From NCBI RefSeq assembly GCF_009914755.1, contig NC_060940.1: a stretch of DNA of 64,000 nucleotides. One strand, given 5' to 3'. The position numbers were made by a program, and so were the translations under genes. This document shows positions 44,351 to 59,615 of this stretch, piece after piece. Position 1 is the first letter of the stretch; every line of letters starts with the position of its first letter. Under the pieces are notes generated by a model, which was given only the letters and a program-made list of their open reading frames with translations, made no database searches and was not told the DNA's origin. Origin of the DNA: the human T2T-CHM13v2.0 reference genome, Homo sapiens.

Positions 44351-47300
44351 TTGTCAGGCCGTAATTCTTACTTAAAAGGGCAGAACATGGTGGCTGGCTG
44401 CTTGGGGGTGGAAATAAGGAAAATTCTTTTAAGTGTGCACCCTCATGTATTTTTTGCATTTTGTACCATTTTATCACATTTTAAATGACGTGAAGTAGTA
44501 CATAAAGATAGGTACCCTTCTCCTGGTACCTATTAAGATCAAGATACAAATTGATCTTGATTTAAATGATACAAAATGATCTTGACTTAAATTTGATCAA
44601 GATACAGGAATTGGGTGGTTAGTTTTGCTTGCACAATGATCAAATCTGGTTTCAGAGGCTTAATTCTACTGCCATTAGTCTAAGACCTGCCCCAGTTTCC
44701 TTGGGCAAAATGTGAAGACTCCATTGTCTTACCCAGGATCTTCTGTCTGAACTGTTTCCATTTCTATCCCCACACTTTCAACAATGCTGGCTCTAAAAGA
44801 TCCTCTGGGCTGGACCCTTCCCATCAGGGAATCAGACACTCCTTCTTCTCTTTTGCTATGGTTCAGCATTACGGTGGCAGCCTACCTGTGTCCTCTTTGT
44901 CATTTTCTCAGAGATAATTCCTTCTAGTTTTTAGTCCTTTGATCGGAGAGGGGGTTGAAAGGTGTTACTTCATTCAACCAATCTTTATTGAAGTTTTTTC
45001 TATATGCCAGGTGCAATTCTACATCCTGAAAATATGCTGTGAAGATACTCTCAAGTTGGCTTCTATTATACCTATATTCTTGGGGGGACACATAACAGAC
45101 AAATATATATAATGCTAAGGTTTCAGAATTTCAAACGCAGTGCTCCTAGGGGATATTTGGGAAGTAACACCCAACAGGAGACTTATTCACTGTTAGCACT
45201 GCCATTGGGGTGCCTCTCAGTAGGTGAATTAAGTGTCCCTATTTTCACCATTCTTCAACACTGTAGACAGGTGCCCTTTGCTACTGAGACCCTATTTGCT
45301 TCACCAAACCCATGGATTGAGGTGTTTTCAGACACCTACTAGGTGCCATGCTCTCCCTGCCACCTCAATCATAGCACTTATCTATTTATGAACAATAGTT
45401 GCCCACAGCATTGCAGAATTATCCAGCTACCCCCCACCCACCAATGGTGAACTCCAGAGATTATTCTTTCTCCATCACTGAAGCACCATCTCTGCTTTTC
45501 TCCATCTGCTCAACTTTTCCCATGTCCCAGCACATTTGATTAACAGATGATTTCTAAGAGGCTTTTACTAGTTCTGATATTAACTTAGTTATTCCACCTG
45601 GATCACAGTCCTCAGAATAGGTTCATTTGTATTTTTAATCCCTGCAACCACTACCCCCAACTTCTTCATCCGTGTGTTGTTTCTTTGGCTGTCATAATCA
45701 TAACCCACTTTGTTGTTTGTCCTTTTTAACCAATTCCAAGAAAAAATTAAAACCACTAGTAGAACCTCTCACCCCCAGTTGTTTAAAGGGAAAGTTCTGC
45801 AAAGAGGCAGCCACATTTCAGGCAGCTGCCATGCAGCTCTCTGTCATTGCTTTCGTTATTAATCTCAATGCAGAATGGTGATTTTCATTTTTTCAGATGG
45901 GTGTCTGGCTGCAAAAGGCCGCCAGTTGCAAAAACTACCATCCCATGGTGTGCCCCCAAACATCTTATTTGTCTTGATATTTCTTTCACAGAAATACATA
46001 TGACAGATAAGGAGTCACTAGAGGATGCTTTTGCTTTGTGTCAGACAGATATTAAAACAATAAACTATGTTGCCCTGGGATTCCAATGCATACACAGCCA
46101 GAGAACAAGGCCGAGATGAGATGTTTCAGAAAGGCAGTGAGGCAATTATTCTGGGGGAATTCCCTGGAAACCCCAAGTCCTGTGATAGCATTGACAGAAA
46201 GTGTTTTTTAATGCTCACATTTTCTTAAGAGGATCAACTGGCTAGTGCAGCTCCTGCATTTAACTCCTTGACAAAACTCACCCTCATCCGGCCTCATCAG
46301 AGGCAAGAGAAATCCTTCAATAGTTTGAGAGGCTTATTTTGAGAGTTTATTTTTTAAGCACTTATCTGCCCTTTATTTGCTTCCCCAAACTAATGTGGAT
46401 TTACATTAAAAAAAAAAAAAAAGGAATCCATTTTACATTCAGAGCTCTGAGCAGGTAAGTTGCAGGGGCCAACGGCAAGATCTTGCTTGGTTCTTGGAAT
46501 GTAAAAGAGGACAGTTTGATGCAATGGAGCAGGTGCACATTCCCAAGGGCCCCAGCTTTATAAGTTGAGTCAAGCTCTCTCTGGGTCTACAGACCTGGGA
46601 AGGAACAGCTTAGGAAGGGAGAGGCTGAATCCAAGGGCACTCATAATTCAAGAGCTGGAGCAATCATTCTTTCATCAAATACCAGTCTTCTTGGATAGAA
46701 ATGTGTCCAACCATAGAGGTGGCTGCTGCTTCTTCCCTTGCCTTATTTCTTTTCTAAAATAAATCTCAGTGCAAAGACCATGAGGAGCAGCTCAGGTTGC
46801 CTCTCATCCAAGGGAAAAAGAGCCTGGTGTAGTTCATATAAACCCAGTAATGTAAACACGTGCTTCAAACACCATTTTCTTAAATCATGTTTTTATATAA
46901 AAGAACTGTCATGCCAAAAGCTATTTATCCCTAATGGAGAACTTCGGAGCACTGTTAAGAAAATGCAGTTTCAGAACCAAACACCACACCACATGTTTTA
47001 GATTTATCTCCTTGAGTTTTGTTTGTATGCAACATAGGCTCTTGATGCCTAATACTTTTCATATGAAAGCAAACAGAAAGGCACAACCATCTATGGGTAT
47101 TTATTATCCCTACCCTTACTATTTGCTACAGGAGTCTCAAACATTTCCAGAAGATCATTTTTCCTTTCTCTGGCAAGTCCTAATTCCCACTAGTGGTTTT
47201 ACAGCATTTTTCTTGAGCTACAGCGTGACTTAGTGAAAAGAGCTGGATTCAGGAAAGTCTGGGAGTAAACTGTCACGGTAGACTAGTGCTGTGACCTTGG

Positions 47301-47471
47301 CCAAGTCTCCTCGCCATGTAAATAGCCATGACTACCTACCTACCCATGAGCACTAAATGAGATTGTTGTGCAGCGTCCTCCAGGCTGCTTGAGGCGTTAC
47401 AGCTCCTCAAATGCTACTCTTTCTTTTTCTGGCTCAGAAGCCACCTTCTCCAGGATTTTTTAAAGTCCACC

Positions 47472-47621
47472 AAACCAGATGTGATGGTGTACTTTTACAG
47501 TCCTAGCTACTGGAAGGGCTGAGGTGGGAGGATGACTTGAGCCCAGGAGTTTGAGATTGCAGTGATCCATGACCACGCCACTGCACTCTAGCCTGGGGGA
47601 GACCCTGTCTCAAAAAATAAA
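47472..47621 (+). mobile_element. Alu monomer (FRAM/FLAM-like)
   Basis: GCTGAGGTGGGAGGATGACTTGAGCCCAGGAGTTTGAG...ACCCTGTCTCAAAAAATAAA. Confidence 0.8.
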
Positions 47622-50600
47622 GTTCACCAAAGAAGCGGGTTTGGATGGTTTATATTAGTCCAGTGACTGGACTGGTGGACCACTCCTGGATGGTAGTTCC
47701 TTAGTCTATTCTATATGGGTGTTTTGGAGGCTCTGGCTCAGATATCAGGCAGATGATCCCTAGGCTCAGACAGTACCTGTCCTCCAGGTTGGCTTTGGGC
47801 ATTGATCAAAGGATCAGGACTCTTTTTTTTAAGTCTGAAAGCTGATGCTCAAAATCAGATGGCCTCAGCACTGACACACAGATCAGCTATCCCCACAGCT
47901 ATGGCTGGGACTGAAATGAACAATGCATGTGCGTCGCGTACCCATCTTGTGAGCCACCGTCAGACCCCTCTGAAGGCTTCATGTTCAGGAGCTGCGTCAG
48001 CCCAAGAGAACCTTGGGAAATCCAGCCCAGCATAAGGAAGCTAATTTATCTCACTTGCCCTGTTTCCTACCTGGAGAGGCAATTCACCGAGCTTGCTGTT
48101 TCAGCCAGCTGTTAGATAGAACATGAATGATTTAACAATTGAAACTTCAGTATGTATATGCACTGGATAAAGTAATTATATAAATTATTTGGGTTTTTTT
48201 TTTCCGTGGTTTCCCGGGAAACAACAACATGGTTATCAGTACAGATTTTGTTAAACTAATAGATGATGACGAACTGCTGCATCCAAATTAAAATAAATCT
48301 CAGCTCTTCAGGGCTTTGTCTTCTCCTTCAAAGGACAGAAAGCACCTTTGCAAATGCCTTTTGCAGTTCTGCCAAGTTAAACACTCCAAGACTGAGACTC
48401 ATTCTCATTTTGCCGAATGTTACAAAAATCCTGCCCGGCGGGGGAAATTGTCGATACCTGTGAGTAGGCAAATCACAAATACCTCTTCTGCATAGTAAAA
48501 ACATATCACTACACATTTAGCAGCCATGACATTTGCCACTTGTCTGTTGGATTAATCTAGCCATTTATAACCTGTGAGGAAAGATACAACAGCTAACTTT
48601 GGGAGGTAAGCAGGAACAGCACGCCAATTAGTTACCACCAATTCTACTGCCTTCGCTCAGAGACACAAGGACCTTACATGATCAAAGAATATTCATGTGT
48701 GTGAATGGTGTGTGTGTCTTTTGCTGTTGCTTTAATTTGTTAAGTTAGGGGAACTTTCTCCTTTGGGAACACCAGACTCGTTGCTCAGAGTAAATCCCAG
48801 TGTGCTCATTACATGTAATTTTATTTTCCTAGATGACTATTTTTATTTCCACAAAAAGAAGACTTATTTCAAAAACCCAAGTTGTAATGTGATATTTGAT
48901 AACATATTAAAAAAGCAATTATATATAGAAAAACGTGCAATAGCCCAAAATGTTATGAAGGTTTCTTATGCAGATCTTCCAAGGCTTTGAAATAAGTTTC
49001 TCATTCCAGTCTTCCAAATTAGAAATTTCTAGCTGAATTTAGTTGTAAGGAGCTCATCATTGTGACAGTAATCAGGTTTGTGTTCATCTGCAGCCTTTAC
49101 TCACACTGTACTAGTACAAACCTGCTCACTAACTCTACAGAATCTGCATTCCCAATATTTTTGGGTTGAACACAACCTCCCCCTCACATCGAGATGTAGA
49201 GGTAAACCCTAGTGGCAAAGGGAAACAGCCTGCCTTTGAACTCTTACCAGGAACATAAATCAGTGGTGATCCCTATGGCCGGCATCCAATTAGCAGAAAA
49301 GGAACAGGGCCTTTCCAGGTGTCTTGAAATCTCAGAACTTAAGTATCTAACAGAAGAAATGGCGGGCACACACACAGACCCTCTAATGTCTCCCCTATCC
49401 CCCAACAAGAAGCATATTGAGATCTCTGGGAGGACTGTCAACAGATTCCCCTGCAAATTAACCCAGTCTATGATGAATTGGGGCTGGCTCTGTCTCAGAT
49501 GTGGTATGGATATAGGGAGATGATGTAGCAGCTTGTACAGGCAATAGGAGGGAATCCAAACTGAGAGTCTCTAAGAAGCAGAGAGAGAGTAGAAGTAGAA
49601 AGCTTTTCCCGGAGCCTGACTGGGGTTGCCTTTATGTTGCATGATGGATAAAATCATAGGCTTTGGTGTCAGGCTGCCTTGGTTCAAACCGCTGGGTGAG
49701 TATCTGAGCCACTCTATACCTCCATCTCCACCCCAGGAAAGTGAAGATAGCAACAATCATGGTTCATATGGTTTTGTGAGGCGTTAGTGGGTTAATCTCC
49801 GGGTCTGGCAATTAGCAAGTGCTAGTAAATCCTAGCTGTTATCATCATGCAATTGAATTTTCTCCACCTGATAATGGAGCCTCAGAGGTTGGAATTTTGC
49901 CAACTGCAATCACATCGTTCCTTGAATTACTCCAGTTATCACTGCCTGGGTTTTTAGACAAGGGAGGTCCAGGATCCCTTATCACTAACTCCATCACCCC
50001 AGAGTTTCTGTGGGAATATGCATCCCTCACAGGCCGCTCCTTAGCAACTCTCACCCGTTTGAGGATTGCCACCCATTTTCTTTCGTAACTGTAGGACTAT
50101 GGCATTCCGAGTTCATCACACACCGTAGTCAATACACATATCAGTGATCACCTTGTGCTCGGTCATCTTCTAGATGTTGGAGACACAGTAGGGACCAACA
50201 TAGAGTCCTCAGGACATCCCTATAGAGAGATGTATAAGGAAGTTGAAATCAACTCAGGTGATAAGAAACTAATGGGAAGGAAAAAGAAAACAACAGGGTA
50301 ATATGATGGTAACTGGTAACAGTTGTGGGTGTCAGGAGATGTGAAATTAGATAAAGAGGTAAAGCCTTTGGAGGGAGCGATGTTTGAACTGAGAACTGAA
50401 TTTGGGAGTCAAGTTCACTGTTAGAGACTGGACAAAGGAGAGAGAATCTGCCAAAAGCCACTGAAATACAGCCAAGTGAGGCTGGAGAAAAAAGAGACAT
50501 TTTAGCCTCTTACAATCTTATTCCCGAAGTCTAGCTGAAGTCGAGATTTAGATCAATATATTCAGCTTGGACAATCAGGCCAGCACGTTGTCACCATCTT

Positions 50601-53600
50601 TTTTTTCCCTTTCAAAAATGTGCATTTCTCTCCAAGTTCACATTCTTGCCAATTCCTTCGATGCATCCCAATCAGACCTATAACAGCCTAGAAACTTCTG
50701 GCTAATTTGGATTTGACTAAAACTTTTCTACCATGACGTTATGTAAAGAGATTCAATTATGGTGCGCAGTGTTTTGTGAGTAACTACCACCCATAAAAAG
50801 TTAATTAATCAGGGCTGTGTCAATTTCCTCGTGCCATGTCAATTTGCTGCAAGGTAATTAATCACTAATCACCCACCAAGCAGCAGGCTGAGGGACAATC
50901 CCTGAGTCATTTATTGTCTTTCCCCAAATAAATGGCACACGCAGCCAGGAAGAAACACATCTTGCCTTTCATAATATTTTTATCGACACTTTTGCATGTT
51001 GTAATAGACTGCAGCAACAAGCAGCTGCAGTTCAATGGAATATGAATATTAAAGAAACAAATGAGCAGAGATTTATAGGACATTGCGTTTCTGTAATGTC
51101 AGTGTTGAGATTAAACCAAGCAAATGAACAGTGAAAAATTACTCTTCCATGTGGAGCATGGTGATTAGACTTGTACATTAATTAGAAATTTTTGTTTTCC
51201 TATTCAATGCATTTCAAATGAGAATGTCCTAGAAGAAACTGTTTGTCCAAAATGTAGATTTATTCACTTCTAAACAGCAGTATTTAATATCAACATGCAT
51301 TTCATACTGAAACAAGGGTCAATCCCAAATGTGTGTTTCAGGGATAAATGTATGTGTATATGAGAACTGGAGATTCGACAAATTAAGTGGCCGTTTTGGT
51401 CTTTCTATCAGTGACCGAAAGGATGGAAGCTTTCTCCCCCACCCACCACCCACCCACCTTTTTTTTTTTTCTGCGAAACTCTGAAATTACTGGATTTTTT
51501 TAAAAAAAGAAAAACCTTTCCATTTTTGTTTGGAGCTAGAACTTAATAAGTGCCATCATGTTAAAATTTTAATTTAAGGCCATTTAAAGAGAGTGACCTA
51601 GTTGTCTGTAAAATCCTATGTTATAAACCAATTTGATGTACTTTTGAGATTCGTTCTGAAAAAGGAGAAAACATATTTTGCCATTTGGAAAAAATCAGGT
51701 TTTTTGATTCTTCATTGTGATGTTCATTGCACGATGCCCTGCCTCGGAAATTGCTGCTCTATGAGCTATGGCTGGTGGTTTATTTCGCCTCAGTATGTTA
51801 CCTATTATGCCACTTCTTAATTTATGGTCCAGCACATGGAATGGGAGTTCCCCCAAGGGGAATCCTGCAAAACCATCAACCCGCTGTTGAAAGCACATCT
51901 GCACCCCCAGAATTGTGTAAGTGAATATTTCCTACCATAAATTACCCACAGAACAATTTCACCCCAAATTTGCATGAATCTCTCTCCATCTTAAAACCTT
52001 CCAAGGCTGGGGAAATGTGTCATTATGGAGCAAAGGGAGAGGAGGAGCAGGACAAAGAGAGCCCCCCTCATCCATTCGGATGCCCACCTTTTCCAGGGCA
52101 TCTGGCAGTCTCATGCAAATTCAAACCAGTGCACAAATGCAAAGAATAATTGCCCATTAAAGCGGTTGTATATTTTTATGGCTTTGGTGCAGAATCCGCC
52201 CCCCTGTCGGGTTTTGCATCTGCTACTCTTCCATCTCCCCCAGAGCTCTAAAACTTTAATATGCAGTTTATAACCCTCAAGTATTTTCCACTGGTTTTGT
52301 GTTTTTTCTCTTGGGATTTCCTGGCTGGTGAGATGATCTCATTTGTGTTTATTTTCGAAGGTAAGCACCATGTTCGTAAAAGAGGGAGAGAAGACACACT
52401 CATCACTGTAAATACATTGAGTGCAGGGCTCATTGGAGGTGGGAGGTGGGGGCTTTGTTTTTGAGGGGGAGACAGGCAGTTAGCAGTTGACACTTTAGTA
52501 AATGGCCCATTTGGCTGGTGGATACACCCACACATCTTCCGTTCTAAAATGTTGATTTGCCGTGATACTTGAGCACCACCACAGCGTGCCTCTTGTTACA
52601 TCCCTAAAGCTTCCATTTCATCGAGTTCCATGGGACAGAACTTCTTATTCCCAAGAACTGAGATGGTTACTCTACTAACCTCCCCCAGAATATGCTCTGT
52701 ATATAAATCTAGCTGAAGGGTGAGAGTGGGTGGGCTGGAAATTCTCATGTGTCAACAAGATGCTCAATTGGTATTTTCTCTGAAAGCTCTTGCCTGTTTT
52801 GAGAGAAATTCATTTTTAGCTTATGAGCTGAATCCAATTTGTGTTGTAGTGATACCAGATTTTTCTCTTTGATTCATGCTGGATAAGGCTTCAGAAGGAA
52901 TCTCTTCAGTATAATGAACCTATGGGTTTTCTTGTTTCCCTCATGCCAAAAACTAAGGATTTATACTATATCCACAAATCAACCTGCGTCCTTTCCATTG
53001 TTCCTTATTGATGGTCTGCTTACATGTGAGTTAACTTGAAATTGAACTAGGAAAAAAAAAGAAAAAAGCAAACTTGCAGTGCTGGGGTTTAGAAATGACC
53101 ATTGTTTGGTGTCTTTTTCCCCTAACATTGTTTTTTAATTAACAAAGAGGCATTTACAAATACTGGATAGGGTGATGTTTGACTTTTAACATTGATTTAA
53201 ATATTTTATTTCATATTCTAGAAATGGAGAGAACATTGTGAGTTTCCACTGGGCATTTTGCATTGGCTTTATTAAATAGTCATTCATTGCCCACTTACTG
53301 GATCTAGACTTCTAAGCCAGGGTATTTGGCATGTCTGGATCCAGACATCTAAACTAGGATAGATGACATAACTCTCACTCAACAAAATATAAGTGCCATA
53401 CCTCAAAGTAAACATGTAAGAGGTTCTCTTTCTATGTGGTCAAAAAACAGTTTTAGTCTTGTTTAATTTGTGTCTGAATCATCTGTCCAGGTAATCATCT
53501 CAAATATACATTTTACCATGTTCCAGAATCCTACAGACCACCACACCTGTAGGCAAATAATAAAAGCGTCCATTCTTCCACACTGTGCTGGGTTTTTTAA

Positions 53601-53718
53601 AGGAAGTGTGGCAAACAGTTGTGTGTGTGCATGTGTGTATTTTGCCCTTGAAATGGATTATTCGTGTTAGTGGCATGCGAAGAAGCCATGTTGTCCCTAA
53701 ACCAACAATTGAGGAAAA

Positions 53719-54028
53719 AATTATTTATTTATTTATTTTTTTTGAGACTGAGTCTTGGTCTGTCACCCAGGCTGGAGTGCATTGGCGCGATTTCTGCTCA
53801 CTGCAACCTCCTCTACCTCTCCTGGGTTCAAGCGATTCTCCTGCCTCAGCCTCCCAAGTAGCTGGGACTACAGATGCATACCACCACACCCAGCTAATTT
53901 TTGTATTTTTAGTAGAGACGGGGTTACATCATGTTTCCCAGGATGATCTTGATCTCTTGACCTTGTGATCTGCCCACCTTGGCCTCCCAAAGTGTTGGGA
54001 TTACAGGTGTGAGACACTGTGCCTGACC
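53719..54028 (-). mobile_element. AluSc-like, antisense, (TTTA)n tail
   Basis: Full dimer; CCAGGATGATCTTGATCTCTTGACCTTGTGATC. Confidence 0.92.
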
Positions 54029-54505
54029 AGGAAAATTCTTCTAATAAAGATGGGAAGAAACACAGAAGGCACAGTCATAAGTCAGAAGAGTTTGGAATTA
54101 TCAAGATTGTTATTTTCTATTGTTCCTGGTTGCACATAATTATTTTATTCAGGGACTGTTGTTGCTGGGTTGTCAGAGAGCATTGTCTGGGGCTATATGG
54201 AAGGGTGAGATGTGATGAAGACCCTTTAATAGGTGTTACCTGTCTGGGGCCAAAACTGGAGTCCCGCTTTTCCCCTGAACAAGAAACAATTTTAAATCCT
54301 GATAGTGTGCTGCCATCGAGGAGAATTTAAATGAATTGAGGGCTCTGACAATTCCAAGTGCAACAAACTTGGTCCAAGCAGCCTCCCCTTGCTTGATTGA
54401 AATCATACTCTTTCAAAATCTGGTTACTTTTTCCGAGACAGTGAAAAACGTACAAGGGTAGAAGTGGAAATTATCTTTCTAGGGATTGTGACTAAGTTTC
54501 AGTTG

Positions 54506-55047
54506 TGTTACAGGAAAAGGGTTCCTATCCAGACCCTAAGAGAGGATTCTTGGATCTTGTGCAAAAAAAGAATTCGGGGCGAGTCCACAGTGCAAAGCAA
54601 AAGGAAGCTTATAAAGAAAGTAAAATGGGGAAAGTACAGCTACTCCATAGACAGTAGGATGTTCCCAAAAGTAAGAGGAGGAGCATGTCCACCCCTTGGT
54701 ATAATACTTGTTTATATAGGATAAAAAAAAATAAGATCATGGGGAAATGTGCTCTGCTACAAGGGTTTGTGATAAAGGATTAATTTTCTTAATTACTATA
54801 TTTTGCAAGAATCAATATTATCTTTAAAGCAAATTTAGGAATGCTTCTGTTCACAAGATATTGGGATATCAGGACACTCCTAAAGTCTGGGTCTGTTTAG
54901 TAAACATAATCAATCTGTTTCCTTAACCACAAACATCTAGAGGCCAGGAATACCTAACTTTCTGGAAATGTAGTCCAGCATGTCTTGGCCTCATTTTTCC
55001 TAGCCTTCACTTACGATGGAGTCGCTGTGGTTCGAACACCTCTAATG
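54506..55047 (-). mobile_element. MER41-family solo LTR (ERV1), 4-bp TSD GTTG
   Basis: TGTTACAGGAAAAGGGTTCCTATCCAGACCCTAAGAGAGGATTCTTGGATCT...GATGGAGTCGCTGTGGTTCGAACACCTCT; GTTG at 54502-54505 and 55048-55051. Confidence 0.85.
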
Positions 55048-55425
55048 GTTGTGTTGCTTGCATGCTGTTTATCTGCAAATTCTGAGCAGGTCACTTTGTA
55101 CACAGGACAGTGTTATAGAAGGTGGACAGTGAAGAGGTGGTGGCTGTACTCTCCCAGAAGGAAGACAAACATTGGTTAACCACTGACAGGGTGTCCAGGC
55201 ACAGTATTAGGTACCTGATACCTGCTTGGTACCAGTTACTCATCCTAACTGATGAGCAGAACGTGGAGATCACCACCCTTACGCAGCTTGCATGCACGCA
55301 CCAGTAAGCGTCCTTCTCCTTCATTTCTGTGACTCAAGCTAATGATTTTTACATGAACCAGGGGAGGAACAGGGCAGCCCTCTTTAGAAAAAAAATTCCA
55401 AAGTGACTGAAAGGAAGGATTGTAA

Positions 55426-55670
55426 TGAAGGCAGGAATTAATAAAGAAATGAAGGGAGAGGAGAGGAAGAAGAGGGAGAGGAAGAAGAGCGAGGGGAGAA
55501 AGGAAAAGGAGGAGGGAAGGACAGGAAGGAGGGAAGACAAAAGGAAGAAAGAGGGAGGGAAGGACAGGAGGGAGGGAAGACAAAAGGAAGGAAGAAAAAG
55601 GGAGGGGAGAAGGAATAAAAAAGGAGCAAGTATAAGAAGGAAGGAAGGAATGTAAGAAAGAAAGGAATGT
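55426..55670. repeat. Polypurine (GA-rich) low-complexity tract with internal ~45-bp duplication
   Basis: GAGGGAAGGACAGGA(A)GGAGGGAAGACAAAAGGAAG occurs twice. Confidence 0.85.
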
Positions 55671-57370
55671 GATCGATGAGCATTTTTCTAACTAGAGATT
55701 TCACGAAAGGGCCCCTTGGCCAGCCCTAGATTAACAAGAAAGAGACCACTGAAAATACCAACCACCCAGGACACTTGAATCCTCCAGCCCTTTCTCCATG
55801 AAGCCTCTGGCCCAAAGCATGACCTGTGGAACTCTCTTTTTTTTTTTTTTTTGGCCAAGGGTACCTAGCCTTCCAGGAAGGCACTATTTAAGCCAGGAAT
55901 TGATTTTCAGTCCTTCCTGTGTTCTTTTCACAAAATAAGAAGTCCCCCAATGTGCCCTGCTTGGGAGAGCCCAAAGAACCTCCTAGGAAGCCTTGTAAAT
56001 ATCCTGCCTCAGGAAATCCATTTTCTCCCTGTAATGAAGAGGGTACAAAATGGAATCCTGGCTCCACGCTCTTAACAGCACGTGCTCCCCTCTCTCTCTC
56101 TTGCCAAGCTTCTGTTTCATGTTATATCTCAACATCTAAATCCTCCAAGAATTATTGTAAAAGCTGCTTGTGGCTGAGAGGGAGCTTGTCTGGCTCACTC
56201 GGCTCCATAGCCAGTGACAATGAATGGGTCAGCATAATTACCGTGTTTCCTCACACAGGCAGCCAGCTGCTCTGCCAGATTGTGAATTTTTCATTTTCTT
56301 TATTTCAAAATCCAGGGTGTTCCTCTGAAAACTTAATAGTTGAACTGTGGCAAGACAGATTTGGAGTCAAGGCCATTCCCACTCATTTTCTCCCCAGTCC
56401 TGAAGCAAGCGTCTCATCTCTCATTACTTATGGGCTTTTATGATATTAGGATTTACTCGTGTTCCCCATTAAGACCCCACACGTCTCTGCGGTTTCAAGC
56501 ATACCAGTTGCCACGTGATCCAAGAAACTCAGGTGCTAGGAGCTGGCAAAAAAAGTTAAATAAAATGGCATGATCTATCTTTAGCAAGAATAAAAAAAGT
56601 TAAAAATAACCTTTATGGTCTTCTCAGATACAAATAGAAAGACGGAATCATTCTGGGTTCTACAATCCTCGTATTTTACCCGCATTGTGATAGAAAGATG
56701 CGGTAGAATCCATAGAACAGGACGGCTGTGGGACCTTTAAGAACACACAGAATTCCAGATAATAGCCATTTGGTCTTCACTTTGGTCGGGTTCGGGGGTT
56801 TTATTTGGGCCCTTAAAATTGCAAGAGTAATTTGGAATGGCTGCTGTGGCAAACCCCACCCGCTCCCTTCACCCACCATGTAAGTACAAACATACCCTAT
56901 CTATGGGTGTAGGTGTAATTCTTGGAGTTCTAAGTGCACTACATGGTCACCCCGTCCAACCTCCTTGGTCGCAGCCAGGGCCTCCAGTGAGGCTTCTCAT
57001 GCACATTTTTTTCTTCCAATTCTTTTGCCTTTTGCTCCTTCTGCAACCCTCACCTGGGTCCATGCATCAGTGTATGTGGAAAGGACTCTGAATAATGGGG
57101 AGACATAAGGTGGAACGCTTCTACTCCTGAAGCTGATAGCGGGAAGGGAAGAAGCTCTTCTTGGCAGTTTGGATAGAGGGTGGAGACAACTTTAACATGA
57201 AATGAACTACAACCCCTGCCCCTTGAGAGGTTTGCTCTTCTGCAGAAAGCCTGGAAAAGGAGTTGGTTGTGCTGGGTTAACTAAGAGCATTTCCTTCATG
57301 GTGGGCCTTTTGAGCCTTTGCTGTGGCTCTCCTGGGACAGGGACTTACCAAATGCATTTTTTCAGAAAAG

Positions 57371-58228
<858 letters not shown>

Positions 58229-58537
58229 CCCACATTCTCTTTTTAAGGGTCGGGGTCCCAGACTTATCCCGTATTTGTAATCATGCTGGTTGCCTTTGCC
58301 TTTAAATGCTGCACAGGAGTTCAGCAGACTTATCAGATGTTGGTAATAAGCTGTTTCTCATGGCATGTGTGGTTTGTGCACTCATACCACATACATGTGT
58401 CAGTGGGAATACTTCAATTAGAAGTTTTAAGAAGTGATATCTGTACATGAAGGAAACTGGAAAAATAGGATGGGGGAAAGTTATGAATAAAAACCACTCA
58501 TGCAGTTCGGCCCCAGAGATTGCTAGCATGTGGAAAG

Positions 58538-59036
<499 letters not shown>

Positions 59037-59209
59037 TCATTAATTAAATACTCATGCAGTGAGCTTTTCTCCCGTTATATAGAATTATTTGCAAATGTTT
59101 GTCAGTCACCACATTCTCCTGGGCAAAGGGCCCACTGTGTTAACTACTCATCCTCTCTGGAGTCCCACCCTGGCCACCGTGCTGCTCTCTGCTTTTTAAC
59201 CTCTTGATT

Positions 59210-59615
<406 letters not shown>

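Noticed and set aside
55919-56443. 174-aa ORF
   Set aside because: Non-ATG start, no homology recognised, no splice-consistent link to RBFOX1.
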